DNA of 64,000 bases from Eledone cirrhosa (lineage: Eukaryota): positions 16,120,001-16,184,000 of the forward strand of contig OZ024749.1 of assembly GCA_964016885.1 (NCBI GenBank), in the 5' to 3' direction. Within the stretch, counting starts at the first letter, position 1; each line of letters opens with the position of its first letter. Below the pieces are notes generated by a model. That model searched no databases. It worked only from the letters and a program-made list of their open reading frames with translations, and was not told the origin of the DNA. Of the stretch, positions 13,910 through 28,679 are shown one piece after another. The position numbers were made by a program, and so were the translations under genes.

Positions 13910-15120
13910 CTGACTGACTGGATGGTTGTCTGGTTTGGTTGTTGGCTGGATGGTTGGGTGGTTGGATGGTTGGTTAGCTGGCTGGCGGGTTCGACTGTTG
14001 GCTAGATGTTTGGATGGATGGTTAGTGTGCTAGCTGGCCGACTGGCTGCCTGGATGGATGATTGATGGCTGGTTGGATGAATGGTTCAATGGTTAGCTAG
14101 CTGGTTGTTTGACTGGCTGTTAGGGTGGCTGGGTCGCTACATGTACGTTTAGATGGCTCTAGCTGGCCTGATTGATGGCTGGGTAAATGTTTGGCTGGTC
14201 GGCTGGCCGCCTGTCAGTCTGTCTGCCTGACTGGTTGGCTGAATGGCTGGTTCAATCACTAGTGCGTTGGTTAAATGGATGGTAGGATGGTTGGACGGGT
14301 AGTCAGCTAACTGGCTGGCTGGATGACTGGTCAGATGAATGGATGGATGGTTGCCTGGCTTGTTCAATGGATAGATGGGCTGTTGGCTGGCTGGTTGGCT
14401 GGAAAGTTCGCTGGATGGTTAGACTGGTGAATATTTTGCTCGATGTCAGTATGGATGGTCAGATGCATGGATGTATGGATGGGTGGTTGTCTTGCTCAAT
14501 GGCTGGATGAGCGGTTAGCTGACTGACTGGTTGGCTGGATGGTTGGATGAATGGTTGCCTGGCCTGCTGAATGGCTGGATGAGCGGTTGGCTGACTGGCT
14601 GGATGGTTGAATGGATGGTTGCCTGACCTGCTCAATGGTTGGATGTGCGAATGGCTGACTGGCTGGTTGGCTGGATGGCTGGATGGTTGCCTAGCCTGCT
14701 CAATGTTTGGATGAGCAGTTGGCTGACTGGCTGGTTGGTTGGATGGTTAGTTGGATGGTTAGATGGATAGTTGCCTGGCTTGTTCAATGGCTGGATGAAC
14801 GGTTGGCGAGTGGCTGGTTTGCCTTTCGGCTCGCTGGTTGTATGGATGGCTGAATATTTTGTTCAATGTCAGAATGGATGTTTGGCTGTATGGTTAGATG
14901 GATGGTTGTCTGGCTTTCTCAATGGCTGGATGGTGGTTGGCTGACTGGCTGGCTTGCCTTTTTGGCTTGTTGGTTGGCTGGGTGGTTAGATGGCTGAATA
15001 TTTGCAAGATGTCAGTATGGATAGTCGGATGAATGAATGAATGGATGGGTGGTTGCCTGGCTGGCTTTGCTCGACGGCTGGCAGGCGTGCTGGCTGACTG
15101 ATTGGTTGGCTGGATGGTAT
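13910..15120. repeat. Degenerate (TGGA/TGGC/TGGT)n satellite with recurring GCTCAATGGCTGGATGAGCGGTTGGCTGACTGG units
   Basis: Direct observation. Confidence 0.88.
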
Positions 15121-15350
15121 GATGGTATGCAGTAGGTGTTCCATCGATGCTGTTGCATGTGTCAAGATATTAACGAAGCTTCTGTTGGCATCTCGAAATT
15201 ATCGATCTTGGCATTGACTTAAATATATTTGATAGTTTCGAATAAACTCTTTGCTTGGATAAATTTTCCCCGAAATCTTAAAATCAGAGGACTGCAATGG
15301 CTGACAAGTAACCATGTGCAGAGGACTATATCGTGTGTGTATTTACATAT

Positions 15351-15401
<51 letters not shown>

Positions 15402-15467
15402 TACTTAAGTAAATATGTATATTATACAGACACAAATACACAAACACACACACACACACACACATAC

Positions 15468-15538
<71 letters not shown>

Positions 15539-15748
15539 GAGAGAGGGGGGAGAGAGAGAGAGGAAGCGGGGCATGTACTGGCAAAATCCTACAACTAATT
15601 GATGCTGGCATAGAAGAAGAAGAAGAAGAAGAAGAAGAAGAAGAAGAAGAAGAAGAAGAAGAAGAAGAAGAAGAAGAAGGAGGAGGAGGAGGAGGAGGAG
15701 CAGCAGGAGATGAAGAATGAGAGATACGGTGGTAATAGAGGATGTTTG

Positions 15749-15794
15749 TTCTACTGAAGATATGTGGAGACAACATTGAAACGGTCGTACGGAT
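15749..15794 (+). ncRNA. Degenerate type I hammerhead motif
   Basis: CTGAAGA - ATGT/ACAT stem II - GAAAC GGTC GTA; stem I imperfect. Confidence 0.5.
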
Positions 15795-16064
15795 GGACAT
15801 TAATACAGTTACGATATATATGTGTGTGTATCTGTGTGTGTGTGTGGGAGTGTTGGGGAGTGTGTGTGTGAGTTAGTGTGAGTGAGTGTGTGTGAGTGAG
15901 TGTGTGTGTGTGTGTGTCTACCTGTTTAAATCTATCTTTCACTGTGGCACAATAGAGTAACACACACAATGACACACATATATAGATATATACATTTATA
16001 TAAACACATACACTCACATAGGCACTATACATATACACACACAGACAGATATATATACATACAT

Positions 16065-16151
<87 letters not shown>

Positions 16152-16677
16152 GGGCGGGTAAAATTTCCCAGATATATATTTATATACATTATATATATAT
16201 GCATGTATGTATGACATTTATATATATATACATCCACACACACACGATAGGTAGATAGAGAGGGGGCAGAGAGAGAGAGAGAGACAGAGAGTGTGACAGA
16301 GAGAAAAAGGAGAGAAGGAGAGAGAGAAGGAGGACAGAGAGAGAGGGGGAGAGGGAGAAGGAGGAGAGAGAGAGGGAGAGAGGTGGTGGCGCTGAAGAGT
16401 GTCAAATATTAAAAGAACGGGGAACTCGAAGGTGATACATATAAGAATAGTGTATGGTAAGAGGAGGACAAGAGGGGCGGGGTGAGGGATGTAATGAGAA
16501 GGATCGATAGTAAGGAGTAGGGAGGGGGAGAGGTGAACATGAACCGGGGTGGAGGAGTAGGTAGGTACGGTGGGGTTGGGATGGGGTGGGGTGTTGATAA
16601 TGTACCTTGAACAATGGTAATTAATAATCACAATATAAGTGTGAATTTCTGTGTGTATATATATATATATATATATA

Positions 16678-16753
<76 letters not shown>

Positions 16754-16846
16754 GTATATATATATATATACATATATATATATACATTATATATAAATAT
16801 ATATATATTAAATGTATATACATACATATATATGTATATATATATA

Positions 16847-16878
<32 letters not shown>

Positions 16879-17060
16879 GCATATATATGTATGTGAATGT
16901 ATTTGTGTATTTGTGTGAAAATGCTTGCATGAATGTATATATATATATTTACATATGTATATAAACATATATGTGTATGTGTTTATGCGTCTATATGTGT
17001 ACGTGTATGGGTGTATTTGTGTATGTATATATCTGTGTATGTATGCGCATATATAGATAT

Positions 17061-17126
<66 letters not shown>

Positions 17127-17481
17127 ACATTTCGTATTAAATATAGGCGCATAGGAATATATTTGCAAGAAAATGTACTTTAATCTGTTTTACACACAAA
17201 CACACACAGGGACACGCCAACACATCCATACACACACACACAGACACACACATACACACACGTGTAATAACTATATGTATACATCTAATCTCAATATATT
17301 CAAAGACACACACGTACGCGTATGTGTGTTTGAATATATATATATATTTGTATATGTATGTGTGTGTGTTTGTGTATCCATAAATTCATACATACATACA
17401 CACAAATATATACATATATATATATATAATTTAGCTATTCATTCATGTGTGTATAGATAGTTAAATTTAGGCGGCGGAGCG

Positions 17482-17533
<52 letters not shown>

Positions 17534-17879
17534 GTGAGGTAGAGAGAAGAGAGAGAGGGAGGGGAGAGGAGAGAGAGAGGGGGAGGGGGGGATAGATAGA
17601 AAGAGAAAGAGAAACCGAAAAAAGAACGATAAAACGAGAAGTTATATTTATAGATCTCAATGTATACACTTTACCCTTACTATAAATGTGTTTATATTTA
17701 TTGAAACACACTCACTCACAAACACATATATATGTGTGTATGTGTATATACATATATGCGAACGCACACATACATACACACACACATATATGTGTGTGTA
17801 TATATATATATATATACGCACATACACATGCATCGGACAGTTTGGGAATCCCATTCACTTGGATATAAATGAAACTGCA

Positions 17880-17942
<63 letters not shown>

Positions 17943-18295
17943 CATACATACATACATATATATGAACACACACAAAATGTACGTTGCGGCAGTGTGCCAG
18001 TTGAGAAATCTGCCAAATTACATCAGATTAATGTAGTTTAGCTCCCTAAAATATCTCCCATGGACACGTCAATCGAGGTGTACGGTCATCAGATGTGCTT
18101 TCTGAAAGTTAAACGATGATGTAACGTTATTTCCATACATACGTACATGCATTCCTACATATATACAGACATACATGCATACTTACATATACACACTACA
18201 CACGCATATATATATATATATACATCGTCTAGTTTCCTGAAACCTTTGGTAATGGACTGATTATATTGTGTTGTTTATTATGTAATTAAGTAAAT

Positions 18296-18372
<77 letters not shown>

Positions 18373-18516
18373 TAATAATAATAATAGCTTGCTGGGAACA
18401 GCAAGAACCCTCCGATACGTCCTGAATATCTGAGGCTGCAGGTAGTGGCTTGATATTCATTCCAACGGACTTTCCAGTTAACCAACATCAATGACTGAGA
18501 TTCAAGGAATAACAAC

Positions 18517-18557
<41 letters not shown>

Positions 18558-18567
18558 TAATAATAAT

Positions 18568-18830
18568 GATTTCTTTATTAACCACAAGGGTTTACATAAA
18601 GTAGACATTAAAGACAGTGCAGGACAATGCAGGACGGTACAAATGGGCATTTCTGCGTGTAAAAAAAACAAAAACAGAGGATGTAACAAAAATAACAATG
18701 AAAATAACAATGAAAAATTCCCCAATAGGGGGGAGACTTCGGAGGGACATTTGTGGAGAAAGCCCAGTAAAAAGCCACAATGACCCTGACCACCAAGGCA
18801 AGTGCCCTCTCCCAGTTTTCCACCTTTAGT
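18568..18830 (-). mobile_element. 3' UTR fragment of the L1/Tx1 family
   Basis: Reverse complement contains CCCCTATTGGGGAATTT and CCCTTGTGGTTAATAAAGAAATC, as in the 3' end at 43060-43240. Confidence 0.7.
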
Positions 18831-18899
18831 TTACAGATATATACTCAGAGTGCACTACAACTCATCAAAGGTGTATGTATAGTACATAGAATAATGTAT

Positions 18900-18931
<32 letters not shown>

Positions 18932-19279
18932 ATGTACGTAGGGAGAGAGTCAATGAGAATAATGTGTGTATGTGTGATTACGTGTGTGTAAAGGGCAAAT
19001 TAAATAATTGGTTTCCCTGCAAATAGGGACAAGATTGGATGGTCTGTCATTAAATGACCAAGAATGACCTAGGGCTAAACAACAACAACAACAGTCACTA
19101 ATATCACACTCACATAAATGTGGATATATACTCACACTCACACATACACAGATATATACACACAGCGATATTGTTTAATTTAATGTAGTATTAAAATTAG
19201 TATAGTGGTGATTGTGTGTAAAATATGGATAAGAATTCCGCTATTTATACGAAAATTTGTATAAGGGTTCCATGAAATA

Positions 19280-19458
19280 ATTGTTTCTACTTTTGGCACA
19301 AGGCCAGCAATTAATCAGTGTATTACTGGTACTTTATTTTATCGACCCCATAAGGATGAAAGGCAAAGTTAACCTCGGCGGGATTTGAACTCAGAATGGC
19401 AAGGGCCGTAACTCTAAGCGTCAAAGCATGGCGTCCGACCCTCTACCGATACTGCCAA
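19280..19458 (-). mobile_element. SINE family A, full length
   Basis: Reverse complement matches 43243-43430. Confidence 0.92.
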
Positions 19459-20097
19459 ATAAGTCTAAGAAACACTCGACTACAATATTCCCTTTTCCAG
19501 TAATATTTGATGATTACATTCACAAGTTATAGCAATTATTACTGAAGTCAGTCAATAATATCCAGTAAAGGAGAAATTACATATGATATGTGATAATGAG
19601 AGAATTTCTGTCTGAATTATCATTAAAATACAGTAAAGGAGAAATTATATGGGATGTGTTATGATGAGAGATCTTTTATCCGAAACGTTAGACTCTATAA
19701 TATCTTTGGTTTCCATTTCAAACAGTCTTATTCCATTTTGTTAACTGAAACGATAAATAACTGATATGGTTGCTTCATTCCATTTACAGATTGACAATAA
19801 TATATCGTATATCATATGATTCTTCCTCTCTGGCCTAGATTTATATATATATGTCTGTATGTATGTGGAGTTGTGTGTGTGTATGTACACATATATATCT
19901 GTTTATCTATCTTTTTATATTTGTATATGTATGTGTGAATGTGTGTAATATCTATGTATGTACGAACGTATGTACGTATGTACGTACGTATGTACGTATA
20001 TATGTATGTATATACGTGCGTATGTATATATGTATGTACGTACGTTTGTATTTATGTATGTATATATTCATGTACATATGTATGTATGTACATATTT

Positions 20098-20134
<37 letters not shown>

Positions 20135-20217
20135 TATGTATGTACGTATGTGAATGTATGTATACATGAGTTTATATATATGTATATGTATGTATTCTCT
20201 ACGTATGTGTGTTTTGT

Positions 20218-20392
20218 TTGGCAGTATTGGGAGAGGGTCGGACGCCATGCTTTGACGCATAGAGTTACGGCCCTTGCCATTCTGAGTTCAAATCCCGCGG
20301 AGGTTAACTTTGCCTTTCATCCTTACGGGGTCGATAAAGTGTACCAGTAATACACTGGGTAATTGCCGGCCTTGTGTCTAACGTAAATACAT
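20218..20392 (+). mobile_element. SINE family A, full length
   Basis: TTGGCAGTAT...GAGTTCAAATCCC (B box)...GTACCAGTAA. Confidence 0.92.
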
Positions 20393-20761
20393 TTATTTAT
20401 GTATGTAGGTACGTACGTACATATGTATGTACATACATATGTACATATAAGTGTATGTATGTATGTACGTATGTATGTATACATAAGTGTATACAGAGTT
20501 ACACAACAAATATATGAAGAATTAAGGTTAGATATTTAGTTCTCATGATTTCTCACAGAGTTTTGCTGCCAGTTGGGATTATCATTGAGGGATTATCTCC
20601 CTTGAAATAATTCTTCAGCGATTAGACAAAGTACTTCCGGTCTGTTAGTTCCAGCATGCTCTCGCAGATTAATACATTACGGATATCAATCATAGCTATC
20701 ATACCATCACAAATATTGATAGATGTAACAAACAAACAAACCCACACCACACACACACACG

Positions 20762-20824
<63 letters not shown>

Positions 20825-20832
20825 ATATATAT

Positions 20833-21027
<195 letters not shown>

Positions 21028-21554
21028 TATATATGTGTGTGTCTGTGTGTCTGTGTGTGTGCTGCCAGCTGTTTTGTCTAGTGTTCTGAAGAAGAAGAAG
21101 AAGAAGAAGAAGAAGAAGAAGAAGAAGAAGAAGAAGAAGAAGAAAATATTATGAAACGATTTTTTGGAGAGGATGGAGAAAGTAGAAGTGGAAAATTGAA
21201 GGAAAAGAAAAAAGTGGGAAATAGTTGAGAGGAAGAGAGAGGGGGGGGGGGACAGGGGAGAGGGAGAGGAAGAGAGAGACAACGACAACAACAACAACAA
21301 TACAATGTCAATGACAACACTAACAACAACAACGACAATGTCAATGACAACAACAACAACAACAATAACAACAATGTCAACCACAGTTTTTTCTATTGAC
21401 AAAAGTTGGTGGAAAAAGTGAGATTATCACCAAAAATATAAGAGATACGGAGAGAAACATAGAGAGACATACGGGGAGAGAGAGAGACATAGAGAGACAT
21501 ACGAGAGAGAGAGACATAGAGAGACATTCGGGGAGAGAGAGAGGGAGTGAGACA

Positions 21555-21634
<80 letters not shown>

Positions 21635-22057
21635 CAAAGACAGAGACATACGGAGAAAGAGGCACACACACAGACGGAAAGAGAGAAAGAGAGAGAGAAA
21701 GACATAAAGAGAGACATACGGGGAGGGAAATAGAGAGAAACAGACGGACAGAGAGAGAAATTGACAGACAAAGAAATATATATACAGAAATATATATATA
21801 CAGCATTTCTACGATTTTGCGTTTCGTTTCGCTTTTTCTACCAGCCGAAATACGATTCTCGCTGAATATATATTTATACAGTATATATAAATATATATTT
21901 ATACAGTATATATATTTTTATATTTATACAGTATATATATATATATTTATACAGTATATATATATATATATATTTATACAGTATATATATATATATTTGT
22001 ACAGTATATATATATATATATAATATAAAATCAAAAGATGGTTAAAAGAGTTCCATG

Positions 22058-22128
22058 TATTTTATTATGCGCATTTCAAAAACAAATATCATCATGCAAT
22101 AATATTTGTGTTTTCATCAGATAAAATA
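22058..22128 (-). ncRNA. Type I hammerhead ribozyme with intact core
   Basis: Minus strand: TATTTTAT-CTGATGA-[16-position stem II, 1 mismatch, GCAT loop]-GAAA-TGCGC-ATA|ATAAAATA; perfect 8-bp stem I; palindromic ATGCGCAT stem III. Confidence 0.85.
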
Positions 22129-22188
22129 GGAAGACATGATATGAAGGTTAAAAAACACTTGCGAATAGTGCAGTTTTGAATCAACATG

Positions 22189-22274
<86 letters not shown>

Positions 22275-22282
<8 letters not shown>

Positions 22283-22550
22283 TGATAAGCTTTCACCGTA
22301 TTTTAGACTAAAGAAATTTCTAGCCTGATAGTGGGGTTTATAAACCTCGGAGAAATGGAAAAAGATGAGTGTTGCCGTACATGGCAACACTCATCTTTTT
22401 CCATTTCTCCGAGGATAATAAACCCCACTATCAGGCTAGAAATTTCTTTAGTCTAAAATACGGTGAAAGCTTATCATTTCTAATTTCTAATTTTCAAACT
22501 CGCGCACCGTTTCAAAAGCATACGTACATGTTTACATTTATAATTTGGTT

Positions 22551-22555
<5 letters not shown>
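22275..22555. mobile_element. Fold-back insertion: ~105-bp near-perfect palindrome arms (22275-22484) plus ~70-bp unique tail, within (TA)n
   Basis: Arms are reverse complements centred at 22379/22380; flanked by (TA)n on both sides. Confidence 0.85.
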
Positions 22556-22614
<59 letters not shown>

Positions 22615-22624
22615 CTATATATAT

Positions 22625-22691
<67 letters not shown>

Positions 22692-22752
22692 AGTATGTAT
22701 GTATACGTACATACATATATGTATACAGACGTACAGTAGCATGCATATATAC

Positions 22753-22785
<33 letters not shown>

Positions 22786-22829
22786 CATACAGGTACACAT
22801 ACATATATGCACGCATCAGTTTATTTCAA

Positions 22830-22880
<51 letters not shown>

Positions 22881-23120
22881 ATAAACGTGCTGCGGAGTTG
22901 CAAATGGGTTACATATGAATAAAGTGGGCCTTCGTCAGTGATCTTCCAACCATCATCGGTATTTCTTCGCTTTAAAGACCATATACCTCCGGTTGGTGCG
23001 AGCAACGGCTAAAGAAAGTCGTTGGGACATGTAAATAAAGGGAACAGCGAGAATGTAAACAGACAAAGATGGTGAAGCAACGAAAAGTGAGGAAGAGCGA
23101 GTCAAGTACAAAAATTTCCA

Positions 23121-23155
<35 letters not shown>

Positions 23156-23441
23156 CGGAGAGAGATACAGAAAGAAAGAGAGAGAGAGAGAGTGAGAGAA
23201 ACAGTGAGAGAGAGAGAGTGGATGGGTAGGTAGGAAGGGTGGAGGGAAAATAAATAGATTTAAATATATTGTTTCTTAACTCTCATATTTCTTTTTATAA
23301 GTGATGGGGTGGGGTGAAGATGAGGAGAGAGGGGGAGAAGATGAAGGAGGGGAGATACCTGTGAGGGAGGGGGGATTGTTTTTCTCAATTTCTTCTAATT
23401 GTAACGTTTTTATATACGTATATATACGTTTATATATATAT

Positions 23442-23535
23442 ATACAAGGTGTCCCAGTAAATGTAAACGCACTTCAACAGCAAATAATTCAAAGTGTGTA
23501 TACATTTTTTTTTGGGGGGGGGGGGGGACCCTGTA
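23442..23535. mobile_element. ~80-bp Tc1/mariner-type MITE
   Basis: TA-CAAGGTGTCCC...GGGACCCTG-TA termini. Confidence 0.75.
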
Positions 23536-23730
23536 TATATATATATACATATATATATATATACATATATATATATATGTGTGTGTGTGAGTGTATAATG
23601 TGTGTGTGTGTTCTTTTTTTTTTCTATCGGAAATCACTCAAAATAATGAACAGTAAATCAAGTAATTGATTTACTGTTAAGTATGTATGTTTATATACAC
23701 ACATTTACTTATACACACACACATATATAT

Positions 23731-23761
<31 letters not shown>

Positions 23762-23822
23762 CACACATACACATACACACAGACACATATATATATATGT
23801 ACACACACGTACACATACACAT

Positions 23823-23907
<85 letters not shown>

Positions 23908-24664
23908 TATATATATATATATATATGAACACACGCGAATTTGAGAGTGTCTTAATCAACGAAATAAAGATGTTATTGTTGTTGTTGTAGATGATGTTGC
24001 TGTTGTTGTTGTTGTTATTGTTTCAGGCCAGGTCAGTCGTAAGCCAATGATCACACGAGCGCTCCAGCTGTGACCACCCCTTCTTTCTCTCTGTACACCA
24101 GGAAAAGACACATTAATCAATGTTTCTTTCTGTAAACGATGGTAGTATGTTGTGTGTGTGTCTGTGCTTGTGTGTGTGTGTGTCTGTTTGTGTGTGTGTG
24201 TGTGTCTGTTTGTGCTTGTGTGTGTCTGTGTGTCTGTGCTTGTATGTGTGTGTGTGCTTGTGTGTGTTTGTTTGTGCTTGTGTTTGTTTGTTTGTGCTTG
24301 TGTGTGTGTCTGTGCTTGTGTGTGTGCGTGCCTGTGTGTGTCTGTTTGTGCTTGTGTGTGTATGTGTGTATATTTATGTATGTGTGTGTATATATATGTG
24401 TGTGTGGCGACTTTTTGAAAGGTGGTACTGTTTGGTTAGATATGCGTGTATGTGTGTATAATTATATATATATATATGTGTGTGTGTACATATGTATGTG
24501 CGTGTATGTGTGTGTGTGTATACATGTGTGTGTGTGTGTGGTGATTTTTATTAAAGGGTGGTAATGTTTGGTTTGATGTGTGTATATGCGTGTGTGTATC
24601 TCTGTATGTGTCTCTGTGTGTGTGAAGACTTTCTTTAAACGATGGCAATGTTTGATTTGATGCA

Positions 24665-24820
24665 TCGAATTGTCTGAGTTAAAACATCAGATAGAATGCC
24701 TTGCGGTATTTTCTCCAGTGCTCTTCCCTCTAATGTGAAATCCCGCCGTGGTCAACTTTGCCTTTCATCCTTTCAATATCGATTTTCTTTTTAAATGTAC
24801 TAGTTTAGCTCTGGTGTCGA
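24665..24820 (+). mobile_element. SINE family A, diverged
   Basis: AAATCCCGCCGTGGTCAACTTTGCCTTTCATCCTTTC. Confidence 0.75.
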
Positions 24821-25174
24821 GTCTCTCTCTTTCTCTCTCTCTTTCTCCCTCCCTCTCTCTCTCTCTCTCTCCCCCCATTCTCAGGGAGAAATCTGCTGAG
24901 TTCAGACATGGAGAGGGCATGGGATCTGCCAGGTTTAAAAAAATGGCCATGATACTTTATGTCACGAGGGCGTCCCTACGACTCCCTCGGGAGTTATAGG
25001 TCCATACCATACAGTGTAATGGTTTGAGGCAGAAAGAGAGAGAGATTTGCTTGTTATTTGTAGTAAGCCGTCTTGCCTCCACGTAAGAAAGAGTTGCACC
25101 CCGTGACTTGTCACGTAGTGTACATAGTGGCCAGTAGGTGGTGTACGACGTTTTTGTTGTTGCTATTGTCGTTA

Positions 25175-25380
25175 GATGCGGCGAATAAGAAGAGTTGTTA
25201 GGGAACCGGCATTGTTTCCAAATCGCTACTCTGTGAGTTCAAATCCAGTCAAGGTTAACAAAGCCTTTCATACTTTCGGGGTCGATAATAATGTTTCTTC
25301 TTTTTGCACAAGGTCAGCAATTACCCCCAGTGCATTACTGGTGCTTTATTTTATCGACTCCGTAAGGGTCGATAATAATT
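25175..25380. mobile_element. SINE family A copy (+) joined to an inverted partial copy (-)
   Basis: GAGTTCAAATCC...GCCTTTCAT...GGGGTCGATAA, then GCACAAGGTCAGCAATTACCCCCAGTGCATTACTGG...TTATCGAC. Confidence 0.7.
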
Positions 25381-25539
25381 TTAAAAAAACGTCAGGGGTG
25401 GTTGATTAGTAAAATTGTTGATTAGGCGCCATCTATTCCAGTTTTGTGTGTTTTGAGTTCAAATCCCAGCTATTTCTGCCAAGATAAATAAAAGACAGAT
25501 ATTATCAACAATAGAAAGACCTATGGAAACATTGTTCTA

Positions 25540-25735
25540 TTTGATCTGATGATCTGATCCTTTCTTTGTCCTCGCTTTGATCTGATCTGATGATCTGACG
25601 ATCTGATCTGATAATCTGACGATCTGAACTGATGATCTGGTGATCTGATCCTTTATTTGTCCTTTCTTTCAACTGATCTGACGGTCTGACAATCAGATCT
25701 GATGATCTGACAATCTGATCCATTCTTTGTCCTCC
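25540..25735. repeat. Degenerate (GATCT/GATCTGAT)n repeat
   Basis: Direct observation. Confidence 0.85.
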
Positions 25736-26182
25736 GTTGATCTTATTTCCGCTGTTGTTATTGTTGTTGTTGGTGGTGGTGGTGTTGTTGCTGTTGTTTC
25801 AAACAATTCTGGTTCAAATAAAACAGACCAATAACCTCAACGGCGTTCCAGATGTGACCATCCCATTATTCCTTTTGTACATCAGTAAAGACAATAATTA
25901 TATTATCCAATGTCCACTTCCATATTTAATTCATTGTTCTTTCAAACCAAACCTTGAACGACCACATAATATAGAGTTACTGGCCCGTTGACTGGTGGGG
26001 ATATAGTGTTTCTAATGGCCGGTAGATGGCGGATCTTGTGGTTCCTGCCAGAATATTGACTAAGCCAAGATTCTCCTATATTTTGACACTTCAGAAAATA
26101 TATGTCATGCATTTGAAATGTGAAGATGTTTTGAAGATATTAAGGTGATACTCCAGTATGGCCGCAATCCAGACTTAGCTAA

Positions 26183-26219
<37 letters not shown>

Positions 26220-26402
26220 AGTGTATATAGTATGTGTATGTGTATGTATATATTTATATATATATGCGTGTGTATGTGGATTTATATACGTGGATATATA
26301 TACGTGCGTCTCTGTGTATCAATAAATACATATATATATATATATATTTTATATATATATATATATAGATATGCATATATATATATATATATATATGCAA
26401 AA

Positions 26403-26432
<30 letters not shown>

Positions 26433-26437
<5 letters not shown>

Positions 26438-26621
26438 AACCAGTAAGACCCCGACAGCTGAGCTCAAGCCGTTTCGACGGCTAAGTCCAGAATTAGCCGT
26501 CGAAACGGCTTGAGCTCAGCTGTCGGGGTCTTACTGGTTCCTATTACTCACTCTACTACCTCAAGTATTGAGTACTTTGGTGCGTTATGGTCCACATGGT
26601 TCCTTACCACATTTCCTTCGT

Positions 26622-26623
<2 letters not shown>
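26433..26623 (+). mobile_element. Fold-back element of a Penelope pseudo-LTR-like family (52-bp perfect inverted arms plus ~80-bp tail)
   Basis: Arms 26433-26484 and 26493-26544; same sequence family at 28679-29400 and 63415-63722; inside (TA)n. Confidence 0.8.
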
Positions 26624-26658
<35 letters not shown>

Positions 26659-26685
26659 GTATATATATATATGTATATATATATG

Positions 26686-26811
<126 letters not shown>

Positions 26812-27029
26812 TGCATATGTATATATATACAAATATATATATAAAGAGGGGGAGTAGAAGTAGGTAGAAGAAAATTAATTTGATCGATCCTTCTAATTGA
26901 TAATTATAGGAAATATCACACAAGATGAAAGACGGAGATTACAGGAGGAATGTGGCGGCGGTGGGGGTTGTGAGGGGGGGGGGGTGCATCCTTAATTAAG
27001 CTGAATTTAGGGGACGTTAGTATATTTAG

Positions 27030-28330
27030 ATGGTGACGATGTCAACGATGATGGCGATCGTGGTGAAGGTGGTGGGGTGGTGGCGGCGGTGTTGGTGGTG
27101 ATGGTGGTGGTGCTGGTAATGGTGGTAGTGATCATGGTGATCGTTGTGAAGGTGGTGTGGGTGATGCCGGTAGTGGTGACGATGGTGTTGGTGGTGGGGA
27201 AGGTGGTGTGGGTGGCGGCGGCGCTGGTGGTGGATGAGTATGATGACGGGAACATTGATAACGATGAAGATGATGATGATGACAATGATGGTAGTGATCG
27301 TGTTGTTGCTTGTGATGGTGTGGCGTTGGAAGTGATGGCTGTGCTGGTGGTGTGTTGGTGGTGGTTGTGGTGGTGGTGGTGGTGGTCTGTTGGCGTTGGT
27401 GGTGGTTGTGGTGGTGGTTGTGGTGCTGGTGGTGTGTTGGTGTTGGTGGTGGTCGTTGTGGTGGTGGTGGTGGAGGTGGTGGTGGTGGTCTGTTGGCGTT
27501 GGTGGTGGTTGTGGTGGTGGTGTTGGTGGTGGTGTTGGTGGTGGTTGTGGTGCTGGTGGTGTGTTGGTGTTGGTGGTGGTCGTTGTGGTGGTGGTCGTCG
27601 TCGTTGTGGTGGTGGTGGTGGTGGTTGTGGTGGTGGTGGTGGTGGTGTTGGTGGTGGTTGTGGTGCTGGTGGTGTGTCGGTGTTGGCGGTGGTTGTGGTG
27701 GTGGTGTTGGTGGTGGTTTTGGTGGTGGTTGTGGTGCTGGTGGTGTGTTGGTGGTGGTGGTGGTGGTAGTTGACGATTTGGAAGAGATACGAACGACAAC
27801 TCTAACAGCGGCCAAGACGACGCCTCCATTCACTGTCATCAACACCACCACCACCAACAACAACAATAACAGCAACAATAGCATCAGCCACAACACCACC
27901 ATCTCCAACAACATCAACACAAGTGCCAATGACAGCACCACCACTATAAACACCATTAGCTACACCGCCACTAATATCTCCCACCACCACCACCACTACT
28001 ATCTCCCACCACCATTACCACCACCACCATTACCACCACCACTACCACCATCACCACCAACACCACAAAAACACTACGAACACCATCATCACCACCACCA
28101 CTCCCACCACTACAACACCACAACACCACCACCACTACCACCATCACCACTATCACCACCAACACCACAAAAACACTACGAACACCATCATCACCACCAC
28201 CACCACCACCACAACACCACCACCACCACCACCACCACCACAAAAACACTACCACCACCATCATCACCACAACAACACTACCGCCTCTACCAATACGACA
28301 ACAACACCACCACCAACATAACATCAACCA
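27030..28330. repeat. (GGT)n array followed by a (CAC)n array, with local duplications
   Basis: Direct observation. Confidence 0.9.
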
Positions 28331-28643
28331 CAAGGTTAGAAACCTAAACTAACGGCGTATGCAATTGAAATGAGGACAGCTGTTATATCCCCCGGGCTAA
28401 ATATGAACATCACTGGGGCCCCGGAAGACGGTGGGGTGTTGCCGACTTTTAATTTCCTGCACTAAAACGTGAAACGAAACGTGTTGAAAATAAACATCTT
28501 TCTCTGGATGATAAAATAGATAAGGAAGGAAACACGTTAGAAGATACCCGAAGGCGAAGTATTCGGTAACTCTAATATATTTGTAGGCTCACATGTGTGG
28601 GTGTATGTATGCAGTATGTATTTCAGTGTGTGTGCATACACAC

Positions 28644-28678
<35 letters not shown>

Positions 28679-28679
<1 letters not shown>

